Assembly (NCBI RefSeq): GCF_000315625.1
Contig: NW_005434667.1
Span: forward strand, 136,174 to 171,349
Direction of reading: 5' to 3'
DNA from: Guillardia theta CCMP2712
Taxonomy: Eukaryota; Protista; Cryptophyta
Length of the DNA stretch: 35,176 nt
Positions within the stretch are counted from its first letter, which is position 1, and every line of letters starts with the position of its first letter. This document shows positions 11,393 to 22,731 of this stretch, one piece after another. Under the pieces are notes generated by a model that saw only the letters and a list, made by a program, of their open reading frames with translations, was not told the DNA's origin and ran no database searches. Made by a program: the position numbers and the translations under genes.

Positions 11393-12713
11393 GCTCCTGC
11401 TGCTCCTGCTGCTGCTCCTGCTGCTGCTGCTGCTCCCGCTCCTGCCCCTGCTCCTGCTCCTGCTCCTGCTGTCCATGTTGACTTGTTCCAGGCTCATTTC
11501 GTGAGGGGGTTGTCGTGCCTGGCCATCTCAGCGAATGTGACAAACAGGCAGAGCAGGAAAACTCTACTGGAGTTTTCACAGCAGGTGGGAGGCAGAGGAA
11601 AGGAGGAGAGGAAAGGAGAAAGTGGGAGGCAGAGGAAATGGGGAGGGAGATAGTAGGAGCAGCTGGATGAAGGAAAGGAAAGTGCAAGAGTGGAGTTGAG
11701 AGTGATTCAACGGAGGAGGGAAGGGTTTACAAACATGAAGCAATGCGGAACAGGGAGGGCAGGAGCAGGAGCAGGGGCAGGGGCAGGGGCAGGAGCAGGG
11801 GCAGGGGCAGGGGCAGGGGCAGGGGCAGGGGCAGGGGCAGGAGCAGGGGCAGGGGCAGGGGCAGGAGCAGAGATAGGCATTTGGGTCTGAGAGTTGTCTC
11901 AGGATCTGTGGAGGGCCCATGCCGCTTGTCCTCGTCATGAGATTTTACAGCAAGCGATCGAGACAGTTCAGTCGCAAGCGATGGGGAGAAGGGAAGCAGA
12001 CGAGGTAGCTCCCTTCTCACCCCCTCCCTCCTCCTCCTCGTCCTCCTCCTCGTTCTCCTCCTCCTCCTCCTCCTCCTCCCTCTCCTCGTCCTCCTCCTCC
12101 TCCTCCTCCTCCTCCTCCTCCCTCTCCTTGTACTCCTCGTCCTCGTCCTCGGTCCTCCTTCCGTCCTCCCCATCTCTCATCCCACCACCCGCACTCGTTC
12201 TCTCCCTCACCTGATGCTTGCTGCAGCGACGCTTCCCTCCTCCTCTTCCGCTCTCCCTCCTCCAAGACTTGATCCTCCACGACGAGTGGGAGTCGCCGGA
12301 GATGCTTCTAGAGGATGTGAACCTGTCGCTGGTTGCTCCGCGGACAGACTCCTGCTTCCTCCTTGGTCCTTCCGACATCTCCTCTCCCGCCTTGCCCTTC
12401 GACATGCCGGACTCCAGCAAGGACTTGGACGAGGAAGAGGAGGAAGGGGGCATGCTGGCGATGGAGGGGCTGAGGGAAGAAGAGGAAGTGAGGGGCTGGA
12501 AGAGGAGATGGAGCAGATAAGAGAGGAGGAGGGAATAGAAGGACGGGAAGAAGGCGAGGACAGGAAATGGGAGAGTTTGACAGCAGGAGAGGAGGAGGAA
12601 GAGAAGGAGGAGGAGAGGACGACGAGGGTTGAAAACGTTTCATCCTTGAAGGAGCAAGAGAAAGTGCGGGTGCAGGATGACACGAAGGAGCCGGAGCCGG
12701 AGCCGGAGCAGGT

Positions 12714-12751
<38 letters not shown>

Positions 12752-12943
12752 GGGAGAAGGAGAGGCCGGAGCCGGAGCCGAAGCCGGAGCCGAAGCCGGA
12801 GCCGAAGCAGGAGCAGGAGCAGCCGGAGCCGGAGCAGGAGAAGCAGGAGCAGGAGCAGGAGCCGGAGCCGGAGCATGAGAAGCAGGAGCAGGAGCCAGAG
12901 CAGGAGCAGGAGCAGGTACAAGAGATGGAGCAGGAGCAGGAGC

Positions 12944-12979
<36 letters not shown>

Positions 12980-13466
12980 TGGAGGGGACAGTGAAGGAGG
13001 AAGAGGAAATACAAAAGGGGTCCGTGATCGTTTTGCAAGAGGACGCAGCAGAGGAGAAGGACTGGCAGGGGACGGTGGGAAAAAGGAACGATACCGTACC
13101 GGAGGGGGAGAAGGTTGACAGAGAGACAGCAGAGGAAGAAGGGGAGGGAAAGGTGGAGAAGGAGCAGGGAGAGACGGAACCCACGGAGAAAAATCGGAGG
13201 AGAATGGAGGAGGAGGGGAGGGAGGAGAAGGAGGAGAAAGAAGAGGAGAGGAGAAAGGAGGAGGGAGAAGAGAAGAGGGAGGAGAAGGAACAGGAGCGAG
13301 TTCATGGAAACGCGGAGGAGGAACCAACCAAGAGCAGGAAGGAGGCAGAGGAGGGGGTTCAGACGATCTCCTGCCTGCCCGTCATGAAGCTTCTCAACGG
13401 CGGATACTGGAGCGACGAGAGCAAACAGACAAGACCCTTGATGCGCCCGCAAAGCAACGGATATGG

Positions 13467-13512
<46 letters not shown>

Positions 13513-13851
13513 AGGGAGATCAGTAGCAACGGTGATTCTAAAGGAGGAGGATCGTTTGCCGTGAAAACGACGGCAAATACAGGAGAGGAGAGCGGCGAAA
13601 GTGGAAATGTGGGGGCCGGAGCAGCACCAGGAGCTGGAGCTGGAGCTGGAGCTGGAGCTGGAGCTGCAGAAGAAACAGGCGCAGCGGGTCTGGAGGAACG
13701 ACTGAAGGCTGCATGGAGGAGGATGGGACAGGTGACGTCGTGGAGCTACTGGACGAGGAGGAGGAAGCTGAGGAAGATGTGGAGCGGGATGTTGAACCTT
13801 CTACGGGGAGAGGAAACGTTCTGGGAAGATGCAATCAGCTCAATGATGTGA
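10402..13851 (+). CDS. Putative plastid-targeted TPR-containing protein with a long Glu/Gln/Pro-rich tail
   Basis: Signal peptide MSMIRWVPALLFAVFLFVDDACEA-F. Spliced TPR-like helices LGVANSSLILGKYTTSAVRCSDVLMRNKQNHK|AHFVRGLSCLAI...QQ|DLWRAHAACPRHEILQQAIE. Joining to the acidic ORF 12214..13851 needs a 29-nt intron (12488-12516) or an indel; otherwise the gene stops at 12520. Confidence 0.65.
11297..11470. repeat. (CTGCTC)n intronic repeat
   Basis: Direct reading; explains the poly-L, CS and RS ORFs. Confidence 0.9.
11759..11870. repeat. (GCAGGG/GCAGGA)n intronic repeat, reverse complement of the preceding intron repeat
   Basis: Direct reading. Confidence 0.9.
12686..12980 (+). repeat. (GAGCAG/GAGCCG)n repeats encoding EQ/EP/PK tracts
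   Basis: Within ORF 12214..13851. Confidence 0.8.
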
Positions 13852-14316
13852 GTGTGTATTATAGGCGAGATGAGGTATGAATGTAAGAGAGTAATAAAGT
13901 TGTTCGATGTGTTGAGAGCTGCAGGTGTTGGATTTGTTGGAGGTAGAGATGTTGAGAAGTGAGGTATGTGAGATGTAAGAAAGACAGAACAGGATGAATC
14001 AAGGATGAATGTGTTGTGGGGGGAGTGAAGAGTTCTGTGAGTTGTTGTGAGTTCTCGTTTGCATACTTTGTCATGCTCTTCATTAAAAGGTTGATTTCCG
14101 AAGCGAGGAGATGGTTCAGATACAAGGCGTTCACTTTCATAGGGAGAAAAGAATAAAATGTCTTCAAGGTCTTCTAACAGAAGGAACAGAAAATGTTGGC
14201 AGGAATATCGGCATCATCATCATCGTCGTCGTCGTCATAGTCGTCGTTGTCATTATCATCATTATCATTGTCTCCGCCATCGTCATGTTCTTTCTTCTTG
14301 ATAGAGAGGGACTGTC

Positions 14317-16963
14317 TCATCGCAACTTCTTGCTTGTTGACTGTCAAAATAACAAGACTGTCACGTAATACGTCAAGTAGATATAGATCGAAAAAGAAGG
14401 GAATAATGAAGATGATTCACCTTCTTGCCCTTTGCTATGTTGTCGCTCTTGATCTTTTCAAAGTCTTCCACCATGATGTTTCGAACTTTCTCCATCAGCG
14501 ACTGCAAGACATGTCAAGGCAGGTTAAAGGTGCATAACAAAATCCCTCTCCCATCACGCTGGACATCTCATAAAAACAAGCTTGCGTTCACTCTACACAA
14601 CAATCCCATCAATCCATTGACATGACATATCACATCTGATCCATCCACGATAACATCACACACAAACAGACATCTTCTCGGATAAAAAGTTTCTCAACCA
14701 TCCATCCTTACCTCAACAGAATTCCCAAATTTGTCTGGATAAATCGGCTCCAACGCCTGTTACTCTCAAGTCAAATTATCTCACACAGTTATAACTTGCA
14801 ACTTGAACCTTCAAGGTTATGTTCCAACCTCCCCCGTTGTAGATCGCAACTGTCATTCCCTGATTGCCATGGTCAGCCCTCTGCATCGTCGCGGGGTGAA
14901 AGACCTTTCCCGCAGTGAGGCAATCAGCAGACCCGTCGAGCACCTGGAGTTGATGACGTCAGCACAGTGCAACAAAGTAAGAGTTGTCATCATATGATCC
15001 TATCATCGCGAAACCAACCAGATGAAGAGAAGGAAGAGCAGGAAGAGGCAAGAGGAAGGAGAAGGGAAAGGGGAAGGGGAGGGAGAGGGAGAGGGAGAGG
15101 GAGAGGGAGAGGGCTGGCGAGAGGGAGAGCGAGAGGGAGAGGGAGCCGAGAGAGAGAGAGCAAGGGAAGGAATAGATTTGAAAGGAGGAGCTGGGGTTGT
15201 GAATGGGAGAGATGGAAGGGGTAGGGGTAACAAGCAGCGCAGAGGGAGATTGAGCAAGAAGCGAAGTTTGTGGTACCAAAGGAACAATCGGAACTTTTGC
15301 TTCCATAGCCAGGCTGTAAGACAACGGTCAATATCAAAAGACATTACAGAAGAAGAGGAGGAGGAAAAATTCAAAATCAACGAAAGAACAAGTTTGCACA
15401 CATAGAGCATCGATGAGTCTTACCTAAAAGCTCCGGGCTTGAAAGCTTTGATCTGTCCATCCGTACCTGAACAACAACAGAACAGAAGAAGAGGAGGAAG
15501 AAGGAGAGGAAGAGGAAGAAGAAGAGGATGTCAAGGACGAACAATATTGCCAATGATTTCTTTAGCATTACTTCTGGATCCTTCAGGGAAGAACACCAAC
15601 GAGTTTCCCGCCTTGAGATGTTTCTTGCAATGCTCAAACATTCTGCAGCATGTCTCAGTTCAGACAAGCGTTCATGCTCACTCTCCCTACTTGTGTACAC
15701 TGTCCTTGTCCCCTCGTTTCACAGGAACATAGTCGTTCATCCCTGCACACAACACGCGTTCAGGGCGGAGAAGCTGAGGGTCGATTGTAACTTACACATA
15801 TTCCATCCGATGAAGGGTATCATGAAGTTTGAGCTCTTGCTGCATGAGAGAAAACAAAACGAAATCAACAATGAAATCAACCTGCCTGTCTTCAGACGCG
15901 AGCAAGGTTCTCACCTTACCCACTTGAAATGTGTTTCTATCCCATACAACAACATTATGTCCGTTGTGCTCTGCAACCTCCGCTCAGAACCGCCTCCCAG
16001 TGAGCTTTCAACTTCACCTGATGGTTGCAAACAAAGATAACAGCGTTGTCTCTCACTTTCTTGATGTTTTCTCTCCCCAAGATCTTTACAGCACACTGTC
16101 AGCAACCATCGCAAGACTTGAGCAAAACAACACACCGTCGTCTGACAAAACGGATTCCAGTGATGGTAGTGGTACGCCCATTGTGTCGTCCACCAATGCT
16201 GCAAGTAGTCTTATAACATGTCTAAAGGATCTGAAGCAACAGCACCAGGAGGACCCTTCTCTCCCGATCATAGAACAGATGCAAGAGACTGCGAGCAGGA
16301 GAAAGGGTGAGTTGTGAAACAAGTTAACTCTCCCTCCATGTCACCGAATGAGGACTGCGATGGGAAAACCGATAAAGATAGTATGAAAGACAACGTAGCC
16401 CTGGCCGCTTGTGAAAAACGAAGACCATGGTGAAGGCGATGAAGAGGAGGAGAACGCAAGGAGGAGGAGGAGAAGAGGAGGAAGAGGAGGAAGAGGAGGA
16501 GGAGAGAAGGAGGAAGAGGAGGAGGAGGAGGAGAGGAGGAGGAGAGAAGGAGGGCGAGATTCAACTCTCACCCAGAACAAGATTGACATGAAAAGTGTCA
16601 GCGCCGTTCCAGGTTGGAAAACTGAAGAGTTTCCCTGATTTGCAATGTGAGTGGAGAAAGACACAGCCGAAAGATCATGAAGATGGAGGACACGTTCTCA
16701 TGTTGGTGATTGATATGATTACCATCCCGCTCTCGACTCGTCGACCGACAAAAATCTCCAAAAAAATCCCTTGAAAGGCACCGGGATATGTCACCCTATC
16801 TGTTGAGCAGACGTCAAGCAGAATCCAGAGGTCAAGAATGGATGAATGTTGTTGTTGCAGTGATAGAAGTTCTCTTCACTTGGACGAGGAGTTAAGAACG
16901 AAACATCACACGAGGGATCTGTTTGGTTTCATTCGACCTCGCTCTTTGCGCACTCTCCACCAT
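14317..16963 (-). CDS. plsC: 1-acyl-sn-glycerol-3-phosphate acyltransferase (PlsC/LPAAT family), multi-exon
   Basis: Spliced motifs VIFVCNHQ|STTD (HxxxxD), FKWVSKSSNFMIPFIGWNMW, YVPVKRGD, VFFPEGSRS, FKPGAFSLAMEAKVPIVPL. N-terminal TM-like segment ALTLFMSILFWGYVVFHTIFIGFPIAVLI. Confidence 0.92.
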
Positions 16964-17164
16964 GTAACTTCTTGCACCTGATCAGCATGCGAACCTCCCC
17001 TGAATATTTATCCTCCTCTTCTTGTATTCGTCCTCTATTCATCTTTCCTCCTGATCATGTTCTATCCTCTCGCACTTGCCCTCTCCTCTCCCTCCCATCC
17101 TCCTCCTCCTCCTCCCCCTCTGCTCTCTGCCACATCGCCATCGTCATACGACCGATTTCGTAAT

Positions 17165-17278
17165 TACCGTGACCCCCCTTCAAGCCCACCCCAAGAAATA
17201 TAATTTTCCGTTTCACTACCCCATATTTTCTCTTCTAAAGTACCCACCCTCTGGGTCAACAATGACACCCCACCCTGC
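17165..17278. promoter_or_regulatory. Second ACCCC-rich island between divergent LPAAT and NIPSNAP genes
   Basis: Clustered GACCCCC, CCCACCCC, TACCCC, TACCCACCC and CACCCCACCC words. Confidence 0.3.
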
Positions 17279-17656
17279 TTCACGAAAGGGTGTCCTCCTG
17301 GGCAGGAATGTACTGATCGTGATGCTTGTTCCCCTGCTTGTCGTGCATGCTGCCGATCGTGTGGTTGTAGCAGAGGTTTTCGCTGCCTCCTCCTTTGCCT
17401 AGTATTCTGTTGAGGCGAATTAGTTGGTATTTCCTTTCCTCTTGCGTCTGCTCCGGTTTGCCTCTTCCGTTTCAGTCTATAAAGATCCACAAAGATCTAC
17501 ATGGCTGCGAGAATGAGTATGAGGGCCAGGAGAAGGAGAAGGACGCGGAGGAAGAGAAAGGGGAGGAGGAAGAGGAGGAGGAAGAGGAGGATTGAATCCA
17601 GAGACAGGAGACATGTAGAAGAGGGAAGAAGTCGAGCGGAGAGAGAGGCAAGACAC

Positions 17657-19380
17657 ATGAGGATATTTACAGCGGCTTCGTATATCATGTTCCTTACAAA
17701 CTACCCGCAGGCATGTCTGTCGCCAGATCCATTGCTTCCTGCAGAGCAAGAAGCTCGTTGGGCTTGAAGTGCACAAAGAAATTCTTCTCCTCGGGCTCTG
17801 CAAAGGCAAGCAGCTTCGCTGCTCCTCTCATCTGACAGTCTTTGCCCCGTCAGAAAGGTTTCATCGAGTTGCGGCAGTATGACATAGCTCCATCGGGCCT
17901 CAAGGTTGAAACCACTGCTAGCTCAGCTCTTGCTCGCTGCTCCCTCATCTTCTCCTTTGATAGGATTACCTCCATGAGACGAGCCAGGCTTCAAAGTGAT
18001 CTTAACTGCGGCTCCTCTCATTTGACCTGAAAGCAATATCAGTGTTCGCAAGGAGCTGTTTGCCAGCAGCGGCTCGAAGTGGCTGGGATTTTTCACGACT
18101 GAGATTGGAGGTACAAGATGTGCAGCCACTGTCGTCCTCCTCACCTGCTTCTCCTCGTCTCCTGCCCTCTGCCTCCTCCTTTCCATCTAGCTCCCTCTCC
18201 TTCTCTACACCTCCCCTTCTCGCTCCTGCTCGTTCTTCACACCTCTCCTCCCCTACACTTCTCCTTCCCCACACCTCCCCTTGTCTGCTCCTCTCATTAT
18301 TTGCTCACTGTCAATACAAAGGAAACTTGAATCGGATGTTTCACATGTACTGGTATCAAGATTATGAGACAAGAGACCAGATTCGCGCGAAGGTCGCGTC
18401 AAAGTAAAGTCACTATGTACACCAGTGTTGTTCGGTTGAAGATCACGAGTGCAGTGATGCATGGAAAGCGTACCTCAACAAGGTGAAGCCTTTCATGATC
18501 GAGCAGAACAACATGGTGTTCCTCGAGGCCACGGACATACTGAAGGTCTGACGATTTCATCTCGTTCATGCGCTCGTTCTGAAGCAGCAGCGAAGGACGT
18601 TGGGTTGAAAGGAGCTGTGGACTATGAGAGCCCAGCATCCAAGGTGCATGCGCCTGAGGCCTGTCGGACCCTTCTGGCATCCTCACCTGTATTGTGCAGT
18701 CACTTGTGAGCTACGAACTTCGTCGATACCAGCTCAAGCTCGGATATCACATCGTTCCCCAGTTCCTCAAAAGCTACGGTGATGTGGCGCGCTAGCTTTG
18801 GAGTCACAACGCACATGACTGGGTTGTCAATCAGGTTGCGGGCTGCCTGACAAGCTGAGTGAGTTGAATCACCCGCCCTCTGTGTCCAAGACTCATTCAG
18901 CCATGCTTGTCAAGATGCGGATGATTCTGGGGCGAGCACGCTGGTGACGCTCCTCTACAGCGATTGTGGAACGCTCAACACTGTGAGGACGATTAGGAAA
19001 AGGACGTATCATATCCTGACTGAGTTGCTGTTGCGCTTGGCTGGTGCAGGTGCTGGAACTTTGGAGACATGAGTCGATCGAGCGCAGCCAAGATTCGAGG
19101 AAGGTGAGGAGAGGAAGAAAACGAGGAGGAGGAGCGGCATGGCAACAGAGCCAACTCAGAGTCCGCAGGCGTCAAGAAATGCCGAGGGATGGAAGAAATC
19201 CATAGCCGAGTAATTCTGATGACATGCTCGCCTTACTGTACAAGTGACATCGTGTAAGAATTGCAGAGATTGCGAACTCTTTCGACAATCAGGTAGAGAG
19301 AAACTTATGAGATGGCCATTGAACCACTCATCTTGTCTGAGCAGTTTCTCCGCCCGACAGCTTTCAGCCCATGGAAGTGA
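17657..19380 (+). CDS. NIPSNAP: NIPSNAP family protein (two NIPSNAP domains), mitochondrial-type presequence
   Basis: Spliced FIELRQYDIAP...WLGFFTTEIGGNLNRMFHMYWYQDYETRDQIR; second domain YELRRYQLKLG...VLELWRHES; C-terminus FLRPTAFSPWK*. Basic/hydroxyl N-terminus MRIFTAASARSSLGLKCTKKFFSS. Confidence 0.92.
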
Positions 19381-19389
19381 ATAAGAATC

Positions 19390-20486
19390 TCAGTTGCTAT
19401 CAGAGTCTGTTCCTGTCCCTGACGAATCATCATCTTCACTCTTTCTCCTACCTGAAATACTGTTGAGGAACAACACAGACAGACAACAACAAGTCAAACT
19501 ACCTTGCCTTGACTTCACCGACGCAGCAGGAATGTCACCTTGCATCAGCTCCCTTCTGGGCTCGTAACCTTTCGGTCGCAAACTGAAGGAAATGGAGAGG
19601 AGAGGAGATAAAAGAGATGAGAGAGATATGGAGTGAAAGGATCATGCAAGGGGGACGTGAGAGGAAAGAAGAAGTCAGAACAAGACCAGACAAGCATTTA
19701 GATCTCACCCTCCTCTCTCCTGCTCGAGTAGTTTCACAAGACCTCGGAACTCCGCATAACTGATCTGACCATCCCCTGCATGCCTCTCACTGGAATATGC
19801 GCATCTTTCATGGCCGTGCTCAGGCTCCGCACCATCAACGTCGACGCTCGACAGCATAGCGTCGACAAGTTCGTCGTCTCCTTCCTCCCCGATGCCTTTG
19901 AGCACCTTTACTAGGTCTGGTGCTCCTGGAGGGAGCGAGGAGACGGAGGTCACCGTCAGAGATAGTGGCGGGAAGGGGTCGACCAGGATTCGTCCCCTTC
20001 CAGAATTTCATCATCCTTACCGATGTATCCGTTGCCGTCAACGTCCAACTGATGCCAGGAGGTGAAAACGAGAAGTCTCAAGTGCACTTGAACCTGCTTG
20101 AAGACACTCCGAATGTCGTTCTCCAGTAAGAAATTCCCTCCCAGGCTGGCATGCAGTCAGGGTCCCCGACGATGCTGTCACAGCTCAACAAACCTCATCG
20201 CCTGAGCAATGTCATGATCTCTTTCATTGAATGCGAACCCGGGTGAGTCGTCCGAGCTTCGAGTATTGAAAACAAACCGTGTTAACAATCAACAGTGCAA
20301 TAGCTTGTGGGATAGCTTGTGGTCAAGAGAAGCAGGAGTGACGAGCAGAGGAAGCAGGAGGAGCCGAGCAGGAGGGCAGGAGGGCAGGAGGGCAGGAGGG
20401 CAGGAGCTATGTCTCGGTCACCTGGACCCGCTGCTGCTGCTCATTGTGTGCGTGCTGTGAAGGTCAACGGACGTCAAAGTTGTCAT
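19390..20486 (-). CDS. Calmodulin-like protein with one EF-hand pair
   Basis: Spliced IRSVFKQ|LDVDGNGYI|GAPDLVKVL...MLSSVDVD|GDGQISYAEF, giving two DxDGxGxI loops. 5' exon and start codon are less certain. Confidence 0.8.
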
Positions 20487-20931
20487 CTTTTAGTTGAGTA
20501 ATATAGTTGGTATGGGTTTCCCATAACGCCCTCAGCCTTTTACTTAAAGTTAAGTTAAAAATCAGTAAGAGGACAAGCAGGCTTGCCCCTGACAGTGACT
20601 CGAACCAACCCTCACATACTGCCCACTGCCGCAGTGTCCCCCAAACCTGCCAGCGATGTCGCCATGGGCCGCCGCTGAAGGAATGAGACGCACTGCGGCA
20701 TTCTGGAACGCACCCGCGATGATGGCAGCGAACGGAGTCGGAACTTGACTGACGAGTAAGTGGAGGACCGGATCATGGATCCTGCTCAGGAGATCGAGGT
20801 TATGGCATGACTGATTAGTCACGATGGGCCCCCGCCGGGTCGGGCCAGACGGCTGCAACTTGGCAACGGGTCTGTCCGGGCCCTCCAGCTAGCTTATCCG
20901 ACCAGCCGTCAGACCGTCGGGAGACTCAGAT

Positions 20932-21335
20932 CGTTTTGCTTTTGTACGAAGTTTGAAGTACGTGGTTCTGTGTGGTACAAAAGGGGTTGCATCTTTGTAT
21001 TAACAAATATACTTAATATAATCATGGTTCAAATTTCTCTAAATATTAGAGGATCCTCATACAGATTTTAGATTAAATTAATTGCGAGTACTATCAGAGT
21101 CTACAGAACGATGTAAAAGTTTTATAAACATCCCCGGAACCAAAAAACTTTTGTTTTAAAATCGAGGTCATCCTGGTAGTGCTGACAATTTATCTATTAT
21201 TTTTCATAAAGAAAGGCGGCTGTTTAAAACTTTTAGAATGCTTCTTGTATGGGGAAAGAGAAGCGCCCGTCTCAACTAGTACCAAAATCCTTTTAAATCA
21301 TTTTTAATCCCCTTATTAACCTTTTTTTTTGATAG
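20932..21335. other. AT-rich island, compositionally foreign to its flanks
   Basis: Abrupt switch to A/T-rich sequence ending in a T run (~21322-21330). The frames read on both strands are interrupted by stops. Confidence 0.5.
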
Positions 21336-21960
21336 TAAAGATCGCAGCAAACTCTACCATGCACCTCCCATTTTCCCTTGCGCCTTCATCTCCTCCTTTC
21401 CTCTCCTCTCTCCCTCCCTCTCTTCCTCGTTTCCTCCACCTTCGAATCTTCTTCCTCATGCTCCTCATGTCCTCTATTCACACCTCAAACACTTTCTGTC
21501 CGGTTCTGTCCTCTCCTTAAACACAGTTTTGTTTGTCTCATTGCTGGCAGAATTCTCGTTCCTCGGTCCTCTTGTTCCACATCCTTGGTGTCATCTGCTC
21601 CTGGTTCTGTTCTTATACCCGAGCTTGACTCCATGACTATGATGACCTGAGCAGTGCCTCTTTCTCATTCCACTGCTCACGCAAACACTTCTTGGAATGA
21701 CTCTTTTCGTGTGAATTCTTTCGAAGCTCCTCCCCCGCTGTTCTGCTCTTGTTTTGTGCTGCTCTGTTTTTCCATCTGCATCTTCAAACATTGTGCGCAC
21801 ATTGCTGCTCGAGTCCAAGTCTCTGATAGCACGCGATGCGTCTCTCTGCCAGCCTCTCGATCCTCTTTGAAACATTGACATTTCCTTTGCGCAGTTTTGA
21901 CACAGAGCTCAGACAAGCATTCAACAAACAATCTTTTCCGTGACAAACAAACATTGAGAC

Positions 21961-22421
21961 ATGCTCTCTCGTTTCGTTCAGAAAACTCTCTACACTGTCC
22001 CCAAGAGGACTATCTACAGTTCCGCCAGTGCCAACATTCGCGCATTGAATTCCATCCTAAAGAAGCTCGAGCTAGAAAATGCATCGCTGGAGAAGGGAGG
22101 CAAGGGACATTGGAAGATGTCCGAGGAGGGTGTCCCGTTCCGCTGCCCTGACAACAGGCTGGAGCAGGAGAACATCAAGAGGTGCCGCTGCTCCATGACC
22201 TCACTCCGCCCTGCCTCTGACCCAACTGCATGCCAGGTCGATCGAGAAGCTGCACAACGGAACGAGAATTCTCATGGCCGAGACGATCGCGGAGCTCAAC
22301 AACGGGGTGAAGCCTTCGGCCAAGGAGCTCGACGCCTGGGTCCACTCCCTTGATGCTGTGAGCCCTCGAGCTGCGCGGTAGCTAGAGCTGACAACTTGTT
22401 GGGCAGGGAACGGACTGGTGA
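21961..22421 (+). CDS. Small (~120 aa) hypothetical protein with a mitochondrial-type presequence
   Basis: MLSRFVQKTLYTVPKRTIYSSAS... with two short GT-AG introns gives ...ENIKR|SIEKLHNGTRILMAETIAELNNGVKPSAKELDAWVHSLDA|GTDW*. Confidence 0.7.
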
Positions 22422-22633
22422 GGAGGAGGAAGTGAAAGGCTTGCGATGTGTGCGAAGAGGATTGGACGCTGTGCCAGGACGGAAGAGGCAGAGCAATGAT
22501 ATCATCCTCTGTTTGTGTAAATACATTCCGACGATTGAGAGCTCCTGTACATCACTTTACATCGCTTCTCAAGTAGGCTACAGAATATACATCACATGGT
22601 ACTGATGTCGTACTGACGGTATCATGTTCAAAT

Positions 22634-22696
22634 CACATCACATCACATCACATCACATCATATCACATCACATCACATCACATCACATCACATCAC
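22634..22696. repeat. (CATCA)n pentanucleotide microsatellite between convergent genes
   Basis: Direct reading. Confidence 0.9.
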
Positions 22697-22731
22697 AGGA
22701 GTCTTTGCGAAGTCAAAGCGCAGTATCAAAG

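Noticed and set aside
11220-12173. RS-rich (SR-protein-like), poly-L, CS and GA-repeat ORFs
   Set aside because: Hexamer repeats inside introns of the TPR gene; open in all frames and with no RRM.
12207-13452. Antisense CS/PA/poly-L ORFs (metallothionein- or extensin-like)
   Set aside because: Shadow frames of the EQ/EP repeat on the plus strand.
17164-17490. 108-aa minus-strand ORF as the 5' part of LPAAT
   Set aside because: An in-frame ATG at 16963 already gives a complete PlsC; no convincing splice link or homology.
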